Shown here: positions 53,427-61,844 of the stretch, piece after piece
Layout of the letters: the number at the start of each line of letters is the position of its first letter
How positions within the stretch are numbered: the stretch's first letter is position 1
NCBI GenBank assembly: GCA_963700145.1
Contig: OY969474.1
Coordinates: 2,400,001 to 2,464,000 of the forward strand
Source of the DNA: an uncultured Acidobacteriota bacterium
GTDB taxonomy: Bacteria; Acidobacteriota; Thermoanaerobaculia; Multivoradales; UBA5704
Reading direction: 5' to 3'
Length of the DNA stretch: 64,000 nt
Notes under the pieces: generated by a model
What the model was told of the DNA's origin: nothing
Database searches by the model: none
The model's input: the letters and a program-made list of their open reading frames with translations, nothing else
Translations under genes and position numbers: made by a program

Positions 53427-54112
53427 TGCTGGAGGTGTTGACCGTCAGGCGGTACACCGAAGTGACGGCCTCGCCGTTCACGCGGGCCGGCGTGAAGCGC
53501 CAGTGGCGGAGAGCGTCGAGGGTCACGAAGGCGTGGATCGGGAGCGCCTTCGCCGAGGCGAGGACGGGCTGCGTCGGGCGGCCGTCCGTGTCGACCAGCA
53601 CTTCGACGGCGACCTCCGTCGCGATCACCGCCGAGACCGGCCTGAAGAAGTGCTTCGGCCATTCGGGCCGCTCGGCCGGCTTGGCCAACTCGCCTTTGAC
53701 CAAGTCGCCGTTGGGGAGGAGGACCTCGCCAGCTTGAAACTTTCCCGTCGCCGAGCCGACCAGGGACCGCGGGGGCGGCAGCTCGAGCAGGAGGCGGCGC
53801 TCGCGGAGTGAAGGCAGGAGCTCGAGGGCGCGCTGGGCGTCCATCGCGATGGCCGTGAACCACCACCAGGTCGCGTCCGCTGGATCGCCGGCGCCGCTCG
53901 CGATCGCCGCACACTGCGCCGCCTTCTCGGCGTACTGGGCGGCCGAAAGCTGCCGGCGGTCGGGCCTGCGGGCCTCGTCCGCGGCGAGGCTCTCGCATTT
54001 CTTGGAACCGGACGCCCAATCGCGGGTCTCGATCGCGCGGCCGAGGGGATCGGAGGCGTGCGCGGCAGCCGCGAACAGGGCCAACAGCAGGGCGGAAGCG
54101 AACGTTCTTCAT
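53401..54112 (-). CDS. secreted protein with TonB C-terminal domain
   Basis: signal-like RTFASALLLALFAAAAHA (ATG at 54112 is one base out of frame); VEVLVDTDGR, ALRHWRFTPARVNGEAV. Confidence 0.7.
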
Positions 54113-54154
54113 CAGGTCAGGCACTCCAGCAGGTAGAAGCCTCTCCGTGCTGCT

Positions 54155-54827
54155 CGGGAAATTCGGTACAGCGCCTGGGAAATTCCCCCCGCGAGCCGGG
54201 GAGCGTGCCCCACCGGCCGGGGAGCGCCTTCCCAGCGGCCGGGATACGTTCCCCAGGGGGTGGGGAGCGCTCCCCCGCGGGTGGGGAGTGCTCCCCGCGG
54301 TCCGGGGAGCGTGTCCCGCGGCTCGGGGAGCGTTCCCCGCCGCCCGGGGAGTGCTCCCCAGCGCCGGGGGAGCGTGTCCCAGGTCGCGGGGAGCGGTCCC
54401 CACCTTCGGGGGAGCATTCCCCGGGCCGTGGGGAGCCCTCCCCGCGGCGGAAAGCGCTTGGACGAAGCGCCGGAACGGCCGTCCGAGCCGCCCGGGCGCT
54501 CGCCCGCGGCGCCGGGGCGGTTGGACGAGGCGTTCGGGGGCCTGTGCGAGCCGTCCGGACCAGCGTCCCGGGCGCCGGGGAGACTGTACCGAGACCTGGG
54601 GCAAGCGTCCTTGGCATGTGGACGCTTGCCCCAGCCGCCGGGGAGCTTGGACCGGGCAGCGGGGCAAATGGACTTGGCGTCCGTCCGCTCACCCCGCGCG
54701 ACGGGGAGCTTGGACCGAGCCGCGGGGCCAGCGTGCGGAGCGCTGGGAGTCTTGCACCGGCCGTCGGGGAGGCTGTACCGGACGATGGGGAGCTTGCCCT
54801 GCGTGGCGGGGAGCTTGGACACGGGGT
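54155..54827. repeat. degenerate tandem array with 21-bp period (~32 units; first half GGGGA-N4-TCCCC palindromes)
   Basis: units at 54261, 54282, 54303, 54324, 54345, 54366, 54387, 54408, 54429 ... 54639, 54702, 54765, 54786, 54807 all in 21-bp phase. Confidence 0.92.
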
Positions 54828-54948
54828 TGCCTTCGGGATCGTGCAGGCGCGCGAAGCGCCCATTGGGATTACCGCACCGGCCGCGGCAGCGCCGGCGGCG
54901 GATATAGTCATCTCTGTATACAACGCAATCTGCCAAGGAGGTGCATGC

Positions 54949-56044
54949 CATGTGGAGAGTCACCGCAGGTCGCCGCCGCCCGGGTTTCTGCCTCGCCGTC
55001 GCGCTCGGCGCCCTGGCCGTGGCGCGCGCCGCCGAGGCGCAGCCGTTCCAGGCCTGGATCACTTTCGCCGGCAACCCAACCCACGGTTTCGTGCGGGTCC
55101 TGCACAGCGCCGCGCTGAATCCCACCGGCGCCTTCACGATCGAGGCGTGGGTCGCGATCTCCAACAACGTCGCCGGCGAGGACTGCCGCTCGATCGCGGG
55201 GAAGAACTTTCAGCAAGCCTGGTGGATCGGCCAGTGCAACGTCGCCGGCCAGCCGACGCTGCGCTCGTACCTCAAGGGGTCCGGCTCGCTGAAGCAAGGC
55301 GGGATCATCCCGCGCAACGTCTGGACGCACGTCGCCGTCACCTTCGACGGCGCGACGCGGCGCCACTACATCAACGGCGAGCTGGCGGCGCAGTTCCCCG
55401 AGGCCGGCCCGCTGACGACGAGCGCCAGCGAGATGCGCATCGGCAGCGACGTCTCGTGGCAGTTCACTCCGGCCGGGGCGATCGACGAGGTGCGCCTCTG
55501 GAACGTGGCGCGGACGCTGGGCCAGATCCGCGCCAACCTCAACGAGCCGATCACCTCGGCGCAGCCCGGGCTAGTGGCGGTCTGGGCGCTCGACGGCAAC
55601 GCCAACGACGTCGTCGGGCCGCGCGACGGCAGCGTGCAAGGCGCCGGCGTCGGCTTCCTCACTTTCCCGGTGCTCTTCGACTGCGGCCCCAACACGGCGA
55701 CCACTCTCTGCCTGCAGGACCGCTTCGTCATTCGCGCCTTCTGGCGCACCAACCCGGTCCCGGGGACGCCGCCCGACGGCCAAGCCCAAACCGTGCCCGT
55801 GGTCAACCAGGGTTCCGGTCTCTTCTGGTTCTTCTCCGCGGAGAACTGGGAGGTGATGGTCAAGGCGATCAACGCCTGCGGCTTGAACAACCGGTTCTGG
55901 ATCTTCTCGGCGTCGGCCACCAACGTCTTCTACCGCATGGAGGTCAACGACGCGCGGGCCGGCGCGCAGAAGATCTACTTCAACTACTCGGGGCCGCCGG
56001 CGCCGGCGGTGACGGACACCGACGCCTTCGCCACCTGCCCGTAA
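54949..56044 (+). CDS. secreted LamG/concanavalin-like domain protein with conserved C-terminal domain
   Basis: AAGGAGG RBS; FTIEAWV, WTHVAVTFDG, YING, IDEVRLWN; C-terminal LCL.DRF...GLFWFFS.ENWE.MVK..NAC..NNRFW domain. Confidence 0.85.
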
Positions 56045-56086
56045 CGGCGGGTCACCGGATGTAGCCGAGGGGGCGGAGCTGGAGGC

Positions 56087-57358
56087 CTATGCGGTCTCCG
56101 CCTGCCGCGCCAGCACGAAGGCGCGGAAGCCCGCCTCCAGCTCCTCCCAGCTCCGGCCGAGGCGGGCGCGGAGGGCTTCGGGGGCGACCGAGCCGCCGGC
56201 GGCGACGCCGGCGAGGAAGGCGCGGAAGGCGGGGGCGAGGGCGCCCCCTTCCCCTTCGAGCAGGTAGCGCACCCAGAAGGACGCCTGGGCGTAGTGGAGG
56301 CGGGCGCCGCCGCCGGCGACGAAGGCGGCCCACTCGAGGTCGAGCAGCTCCGGCAGCGGCCGCAGCGTCCCCGCCTCGACGCCCTCGGCCAGGCGGTGGA
56401 GGGCGGCGGGGCCGCCGAAGAACTGCCGGCGGAAGCCCTCGACGACGATGGCGCCGCCGAGCGTCCCGGGCGCCAGCCGCCCGGCCTCGTCGATCCGCGA
56501 CAGCGCCAGCTCGTCGGCGATCCCCTCGTCGAGCCAGCTCGGCAGCGCCGGGCCGATCGCCCGCCGGTTGAGGAGATGGGTCAGCTCGTGGACCAGCGTG
56601 CCGCCGACCTCGGCGCGGCGGCGGCCGCCGTCGAAGAGGGCCGCCAGGCCGTGGCCGGTGTGGCCGGAGGCGGCGAGCCCGGCGAGGCGGCCTTCGCGCT
56701 CCTGGAAGCCGCGGTAGGCCGTCTCGTCGGCGAAGAGGACCACGGTCTCGGCCGGCTCGCCCACCGGCGCCAGGCCGTAGCGGGCGCGGTAGCTCGGCTC
56801 GATGCCGGCCGCCACGCGGTCGAGCCAGGCCAGCCGCTCGGGGTCGGCGAGGTCGGTGACCAGGGCGTAGGGCCCGAGCCGCCCCTCGGCGGCGCCTTCG
56901 CCCAGCGCGGCGCGGGCGACCGCGAGGAGCGCCGGGTCGGCGGGTGTGCCGGGGAGCGGCAGCGTCGGGTCAGAGGCGCTGCCGAGCGGCGGCTCGTCCC
57001 AATCCCCTTCGAGCGGCACCCAGCCGGAGTGCCCGCGGTACTCGACCTTCACCCAGCCCGGCCGGTGGTCGAGGACCTTGAGGTTGCCGTAGGCGTGGAA
57101 GCGGGTGAGGGCACGGGCCCCGGCGCGCGGCCCGGCGTGGAGGGCCGCGCCGCGCTCGATCGAGACGCTCGCCGGCGGCGGCGGCGCGGCGTTGGGATCG
57201 AGCGGGAAGGAGCTCCCCTTCTCGAACAGTCCCTCGCTCAGCTTCCAGGGGCGCGGCGCCCGCGGCGGCTCTTCGCGGCGCAGGAGCCAGGCGGCGGCGC
57301 CGAGGCCGGCGGCGGCGAGAAGCGCCAGGGCGGCGACGAAGGCGGTGCGGCGGCCCAT
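56087..57358 (-). CDS. SH3-like + gluzincin (DUF1570/peptidase MA-like) protein
   Basis: N-terminal TM, GWVKVEYRGHSGWV, LVHELTH...WLDEGIA, HYAQA. Confidence 0.75.
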   Translation of the reverse strand: MGRRTAFVAALALLAAAGLGAAAWLLRREEPPRAPRPWKLSEGLFEKGSSFPLDPNAAPPPPASVSIERGAALHAGPRAGARALTRFHAYGNLKVLDHRPGWVKVEYRGHSGWVPLEGDWDEPPLGSASDPTLPLPGTPADPALLAVARAALGEGAAEGRLGPYALVTDLADPERLAWLDRVAAGIEPSYRARYGLAPVGEPAETVVLFADETAYRGFQEREGRLAGLAASGHTGHGLAALFDGGRRRAEVGGTLVHELTHLLNRRAIGPALPSWLDEGIADELALSRIDEAGRLAPGTLGGAIVVEGFRRQFFGGPAALHRLAEGVEAGTLRPLPELLDLEWAAFVAGGGARLHYAQASFWVRYLLEGEGGALAPAFRAFLAGVAAGGSVAPEALRARLGRSWEELEAGFRAFVLARQAETA

Positions 57359-57380
57359 GGCCGGCAATTGTAGACGCCGC

Positions 57381-58157
57381 TCAGGGCGCGGGCGGCCGGT
57401 GCGCGCGGCGCCAGACGAGGACGCTCCAGGCGAGCGCGAGGGCCGGCAGCAGGACGAAGAGCGGCGGCATCCAGCGCGCCGCCTCCGCCGCGTCGCCGGG
57501 GCTCGGCGGCAGCCCCTGGTGCGCCCGCCAAGCCGTCACGTACTCGGCGATCCAGGCCGGCAGCGCGTCGTAGGCGAGGACGGCCGAGAGGATCGACGCG
57601 CCGTGGACGGCGACCGAGAGCGGTAGGACCGCGGGCCGCAGCCGCAGCGCCGCGGCGCCCACCAGGCACTCCAGGACCCCCACGGCGACGCAGAGCGCGG
57701 CCGACGCGGCGGCCGGCAGCTCGAGCCCGAACCAGGGCGTCGGCGGTGCCGCGACCGTCCAGCGCACCGCCTGCTTGACGCCGCTCAGGATCGCCAGGAC
57801 GCCGAAGAGGACGGTCCACCAGGCCTCGGCCTGAAGCAGCCGCTCCGGCACCATCGGCACAGCGGGGCGCGCCGGGCCGGGTGGATAGAGCAGCTCAGAG
57901 CCCGGCAGCTCGATCGAGAGGAGGGCGTTGCCCGGCGACCAGCGGGCGAAGCGGACGAGGGCGATCTCGACGACGGCGAAGAGCAGCGTCTTGGCGACGA
58001 GCGCCTCGCGCGTCGCCCCCGCGAAGCGCGGCCCGAGGGCCCAGACGGCGAGCGCCCAGAGGCCGCCGAAGAGGAGGTAGTCGAGGTAGACCGCCAGGAG
58101 CTGCCGCCAGCCGCTCGCGGGGGCCCGTCCGGGCGGCAGCTCCGGCTCGGCGGTCAC
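57381..58157 (-). CDS. multi-pass membrane hypothetical protein (RDD-like N-terminus)
   Basis: about six hydrophobic segments; RQLLAVYLD and WSPG motifs. Confidence 0.65.
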   Translation of the reverse strand: MTAEPELPPGRAPASGWRQLLAVYLDYLLFGGLWALAVWALGPRFAGATREALVAKTLLFAVVEIALVRFARWSPGNALLSIELPGSELLYPPGPARPAVPMVPERLLQAEAWWTVLFGVLAILSGVKQAVRWTVAAPPTPWFGLELPAAASAALCVAVGVLECLVGAAALRLRPAVLPLSVAVHGASILSAVLAYDALPAWIAEYVTAWRAHQGLPPSPGDAAEAARWMPPLFVLLPALALAWSVLVWRRAHRPPAP

Positions 58158-58164
58158 GCCGCGC

Positions 58165-58986
58165 TCACCGCAGCCTCACCCCTTCGAGCACGTACTCCTC
58201 CTCCACCGCCTGGTCCGCGTCGAGGCCGCCGTACTCCGCCGCCGCCCAATCTTCCAGCTCGCGCAGCACCTCTTCCTGCACGCCGGGCGGTAGGACGATC
58301 CCGCCGAGCCCATCCTTGCTCCGCCAGTCGGCGAGGGCGCGGCGCGGCGAGTGGAAGGCCGGCCAGGAGGCGGCGACGGTACGCGGCAGCTCGCGGGCGC
58401 CGCGGGCGCGGAGGGCTTCTAGGAGGCGCTTGCCTCCCGCCGAGCGGGGAGCGTAGCCCCGCTCGCGCAGCCGCCGCCGCATCTCGCGAGCGAGACGTCC
58501 CTTGACGCTCTCGGGCGGGCGCTCGACCCACCCCACGACGCAGGCCGCGCCCGCTCCTCCCACCCGGAAAAGCTCCCCTACCACGTGCTCTTCCGGCAGC
58601 AGGTGGAGTGCGCGCGAGCCGAAGACGGCGCGGGCGGCGCCGTCCGGCAGCGGCCAGGGGCGCGCGGCGTCGGCCTGCACCAGGGGGGCGCCGCCGGGGA
58701 GACGCCGCCGGAAGACCTCGAGCATCGGACGCGAAACGTCGAGGCCGAGGTAGCGGACGGGCTGCTCGAGGAGCCACCGCCCGACGAGCCCGGTGCCGGC
58801 GCCGATCTCCACCAGCAAGTCACCCGGGGCGACCTCCGCCATCGCCACGACGGCGACGGCGACGGCGTGGCCGGTCTCCGCCGTCAGCCCGGCCCGGAGG
58901 TCGAACTCCGCGGCCTGGGCATCGAAGGAGGTGGCGGAGGTCAGCGGCAGCGCTCCGCGGTCAGCCGCCGTTGTTCGTGTGCCCAA
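58165..58986 (-). CDS. class I SAM-dependent methyltransferase (start uncertain)
   Basis: LVEIGAGTG, GLDVSRPML, ADA..WPLPD, ALHLL. Confidence 0.85.
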   Translation of the reverse strand: MGTRTTAADRGALPLTSATSFDAQAAEFDLRAGLTAETGHAVAVAVVAMAEVAPGDLLVEIGAGTGLVGRWLLEQPVRYLGLDVSRPMLEVFRRRLPGGAPLVQADAARPWPLPDGAARAVFGSRALHLLPEEHVVGELFRVGGAGAACVVGWVERPPESVKGRLAREMRRRLRERGYAPRSAGGKRLLEALRARGARELPRTVAASWPAFHSPRRALADWRSKDGLGGIVLPPGVQEEVLRELEDWAAAEYGGLDADQAVEEEYVLEGVRLR

Positions 58987-59542
58987 TGATCGGCCGCACG
59001 ATCTTCGCCATCGCCAGGCCGGCCAGGAGCCACCCGCCGACCTGATCGACCAGCTCGGCGCCGAGGTAGGCCTCCGGGAAGCCGTACCAGATCCAGTACG
59101 AGGCGCTGACCGCCAGCCAGGCGAAGACGCCGGCCAGGGCCACCAGCAGCACGCGGCGGCCGTAAGGGGCGAGGACGTGCGCCAGCCCGAAGGCGACGAG
59201 AAGCGCCGCCAGGACGTCGGACAGCAGCTCGAGGACGAGCTGGCGCACCATCATCGGCTCCGCCCCCTGCGGATGGACGACCATGATGCCGGTCGGCCCG
59301 GTGCGCATGCGCTCCACCCACGCCTCGTGCTGCTCGGGCGTCATGTCGGGGCTCATCCCGGCGGCCGGGAAGAAGTAGAACCCGTCCTCGCGGACGTTCG
59401 CGCGCAGCGCCCCGAGCACCGCCTCCTCGCCCGGCAGGACGCTGATCCCCGCCATCCCCAACGGCGTCGCCATGTGCAGCAAGGCGCTCCACGCGAAGAC
59501 GATGAGACCGCCGGCCACGGCACCCAGCAGGATCCGTTTCAT
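58961..59542 (-). CDS. membrane hypothetical protein
   Basis: GGAGG RBS, MKRILLGAVAGG, GFYFFP, YWIWYGFP; four TMs. Confidence 0.75.
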   Translation of the reverse strand: MKRILLGAVAGGLIVFAWSALLHMATPLGMAGISVLPGEEAVLGALRANVREDGFYFFPAAGMSPDMTPEQHEAWVERMRTGPTGIMVVHPQGAEPMMVRQLVLELLSDVLAALLVAFGLAHVLAPYGRRVLLVALAGVFAWLAVSASYWIWYGFPEAYLGAELVDQVGGWLLAGLAMAKIVRPIIGHTNNGG

Positions 59543-59582
59543 AACCCCTCCAAGGGAAAGTGACGAAAGCATAAGGCACCCG

Positions 59583-59657
59583 CCCCCAGATCCTTCGCTG
59601 CGCTCAGGATGACATGCGAACCGTCATCCTGAGCGAAGCGAAGGATCTGGGCGGGGG
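59583..59657. repeat. REP/REPIN-like inverted repeat pair
   Basis: cccagatccttcgctgcgctcaggatgac ... gtcatcctgagcgaagcgaaggatctggg. Confidence 0.9.
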
Positions 59658-59666
59658 AAGCCTCGC

Positions 59667-61844
59667 CTAAAGAGGCCGTATGGCGCAGCTCTTCGCGGCC
59701 ACCCGCTGCCCGGGCCCGAGGGAGAGGCGCGGGTAGACGCCGGGATTGGGCTCGCGCTCGGCTTCGCGCTCGATCGCTTCGACGAAGGCGTCGCGGGAGA
59801 GAGTGGCGCCGAGGTGCGCCAGGGCGTGGTCGGCGAGAGACAGCGTCCAGTGGGCGGTGAGCCGGCGCGCCTCGGGCGCGGTGCCGCCGCCGGCGGCACC
59901 GCGGGAGCGCAGCCAGGCGCCGGCGCGGTAGGCGTGCGGGTGCGCCTCGCCCGGTGGGGAGAAGGGACAGACGACGGAGGCGCGCTCCTCCCAGCCGGCG
60001 GCGAGCGCGGGCGGCGACTCGCCGAGGAGGGTGCGAGAGAAGAAGAGCTGGGTGGGGATCGAGGCAGCCGGCGGCGGGAGGGCGGCGAGCGCGGCCAGGT
60101 CGGCGGCCGGGAGCCAGAGCACGAGCGTCGCCGGTGTGCGGGAGCCCCTCGCGAGGAGGTCCGGCGGCGGCGGCGCACCCGGCGGCAGCACCCGCTCCGC
60201 GAGGTGGATGCGCGGCGCGCCGGCGAGCCCGCGGCGCAGGCCCTGCGCGGCGGCGCGCCCGCGGGCGTCGTCGCGGTACACCTGGAGGACGCTCGAGCGC
60301 CGGTCCGCCGGAGCGCCGTCGAGCAGGTGCCGCGCCAGCGCCTCGCCCTCCGCTTCCAGCCCACCTGAAAAATAGATGGTGTAGTCGCCGGGAGGCTCCA
60401 GCACCGGCAGGTCGGTGTCGGGGAAGAGGCAGGGGATCGCGCGCCGCTCGCAGACCTCGTGCACCGGCCGCCAGCTCCCGCCCGTCCCACCGAGCAGCGC
60501 GAAGACCGGCCGCTCGTCGAGCCGCGCCTCGAGCTGCCCCGCCCAGCTCTCCTCCGGCCCCGCCAGCTCCCAGACGTGCAGCACCCACTCGCGCCGCCGG
60601 CCGGTCAGGTCCTCGCCGTAGCCCGGCGTCGAGGCCGCCTTGCGGGCCAGCCCTGTGAGCATGGCGTTGCGCCAGCGCACGTAGGCCGCCGCCACCTCCA
60701 GCCAGGCCGCGCGCCGCGCCGGCTCGGCGTCCGGGGTGACGACGGTCGCGAAGTGGACCCGCGCCGGCTCGACTCCCGGCGGCTCCGTTGCGCCCAGTGT
60801 GCGCAGGTAGGCGGTGAGGTCGGCGAGGTCGCCCTCGCTCAGCCGGTAGCGCGGCATCAGCGGGTCGAGCGTGCGTCCCGTCGGATCGCGCCCCTCGCGC
60901 AGGGCCGCGGCGAGCGTGGCGTCGCCGTAGGGCGGGCGCGGCGAGCCGGTGCGCACCCGGCTCCACGGCTGCGGCGCGAGCTGCTCCTGGAAGAGGGCGC
61001 GGAAGAGGAGGCCGGTCGGCGGCGGCTCGGCGAAGAGCGCCGGCGCGGTGATCGCCGGCACCGCCACCGTCCCCTCGACGCCGCCGAAGCCGCTGCGGCG
61101 GTGGCAGGTGGCGCAGGCCGCGGCGCGGCCGGCGGCCGGCACGTCTCCCTGGAGGACGGCGGCGAGCGGCGCGCCCGAGGGCAGGACGCCGTCGCGGTAG
61201 ATGCGCTCCCCCGCCCGCGCGTCGTCGGCGGCCGGCGCCGATGCCGCCAGGGGCAGGCGCCCGGCCTCGGCCACCAGGTCGGCGGCGGCGAGGAAGCCGT
61301 CGATCCGCACCCAGGGCGCCCCCGGCGCGGCGCGCAGGAAGGCCGACGGCTCGTGCCGCATCTTGTCGCCGCGGTAGGCGTCGAAGGCCTCCTGCACGGC
61401 GAGGACGTCGCTCGGCTCGCCGGTCAGGAAGCGCCAGCGCGGCCCCGCGCCGAAGCGCGCCGCGTACTCGCGCAGGCGCGCCGGGGTGTCGTGCTCCGGG
61501 TCGATCGAGATCGAGAGGATCCGCACGTCGGGCAGCCGCTCCTGCGCTGCCGCGAGCGTCCCGGTCAGGACCGGGCAGACCGTGGCGCAGGAGGTGAAGA
61601 GGAAGTGCAGGACGACCGGCCCCGCGCGCTCCAGCTCGGCGCGCAGGCGGACCGGCGCCCCGTCCATGCCGACCAGCGCGACGTCGGGCGCGCGGTAGGC
61701 GTGGAGGGTGCGGCTGTAGCGCGGCGCCGCCGCCGCGCCGCCCGAGAGAGCGGCCGGCGCCAGCGTGCAGCCGAGGAGGACGAGAGCGGCGGCGGCGCCG
61801 CGGGTGCGGGGCGCCCTCTCAGTGAATCGAGAAGATCGCCACAT
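59667..61844 (-). CDS. SCO domain + cytochrome c + periplasmic-binding-protein-like fusion
   Basis: signal-like segment, FTSCATVCP...SIDPEHDTP...H (SCO), AGERIYRDG...CATCH...MPRY (cyt c), PVFALLGG...CE...IPCLFP (type I PBP-like); start uncertain. Confidence 0.8.
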   Translation of the reverse strand: MWRSSRFTERAPRTRGAAAALVLLGCTLAPAALSGGAAAAPRYSRTLHAYRAPDVALVGMDGAPVRLRAELERAGPVVLHFLFTSCATVCPVLTGTLAAAQERLPDVRILSISIDPEHDTPARLREYAARFGAGPRWRFLTGEPSDVLAVQEAFDAYRGDKMRHEPSAFLRAAPGAPWVRIDGFLAAADLVAEAGRLPLAASAPAADDARAGERIYRDGVLPSGAPLAAVLQGDVPAAGRAAACATCHRRSGFGGVEGTVAVPAITAPALFAEPPPTGLLFRALFQEQLAPQPWSRVRTGSPRPPYGDATLAAALREGRDPTGRTLDPLMPRYRLSEGDLADLTAYLRTLGATEPPGVEPARVHFATVVTPDAEPARRAAWLEVAAAYVRWRNAMLTGLARKAASTPGYGEDLTGRRREWVLHVWELAGPEESWAGQLEARLDERPVFALLGGTGGSWRPVHEVCERRAIPCLFPDTDLPVLEPPGDYTIYFSGGLEAEGEALARHLLDGAPADRRSSVLQVYRDDARGRAAAQGLRRGLAGAPRIHLAERVLPPGAPPPPDLLARGSRTPATLVLWLPAADLAALAALPPPAASIPTQLFFSRTLLGESPPALAAGWEERASVVCPFSPPGEAHPHAYRAGAWLRSRGAAGGGTAPEARRLTAHWTLSLADHALAHLGATLSRDAFVEAIEREAEREPNPGVYPRLSLGPGQRVAAKSCAIRPL

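Noticed and set aside
54155-54827. CRISPR array interpretation of the palindromic 21-bp units (also 8117-8476)
   Set aside because: Repeats are degenerate, variable parts are only 7-12 bp, and no cas genes are present
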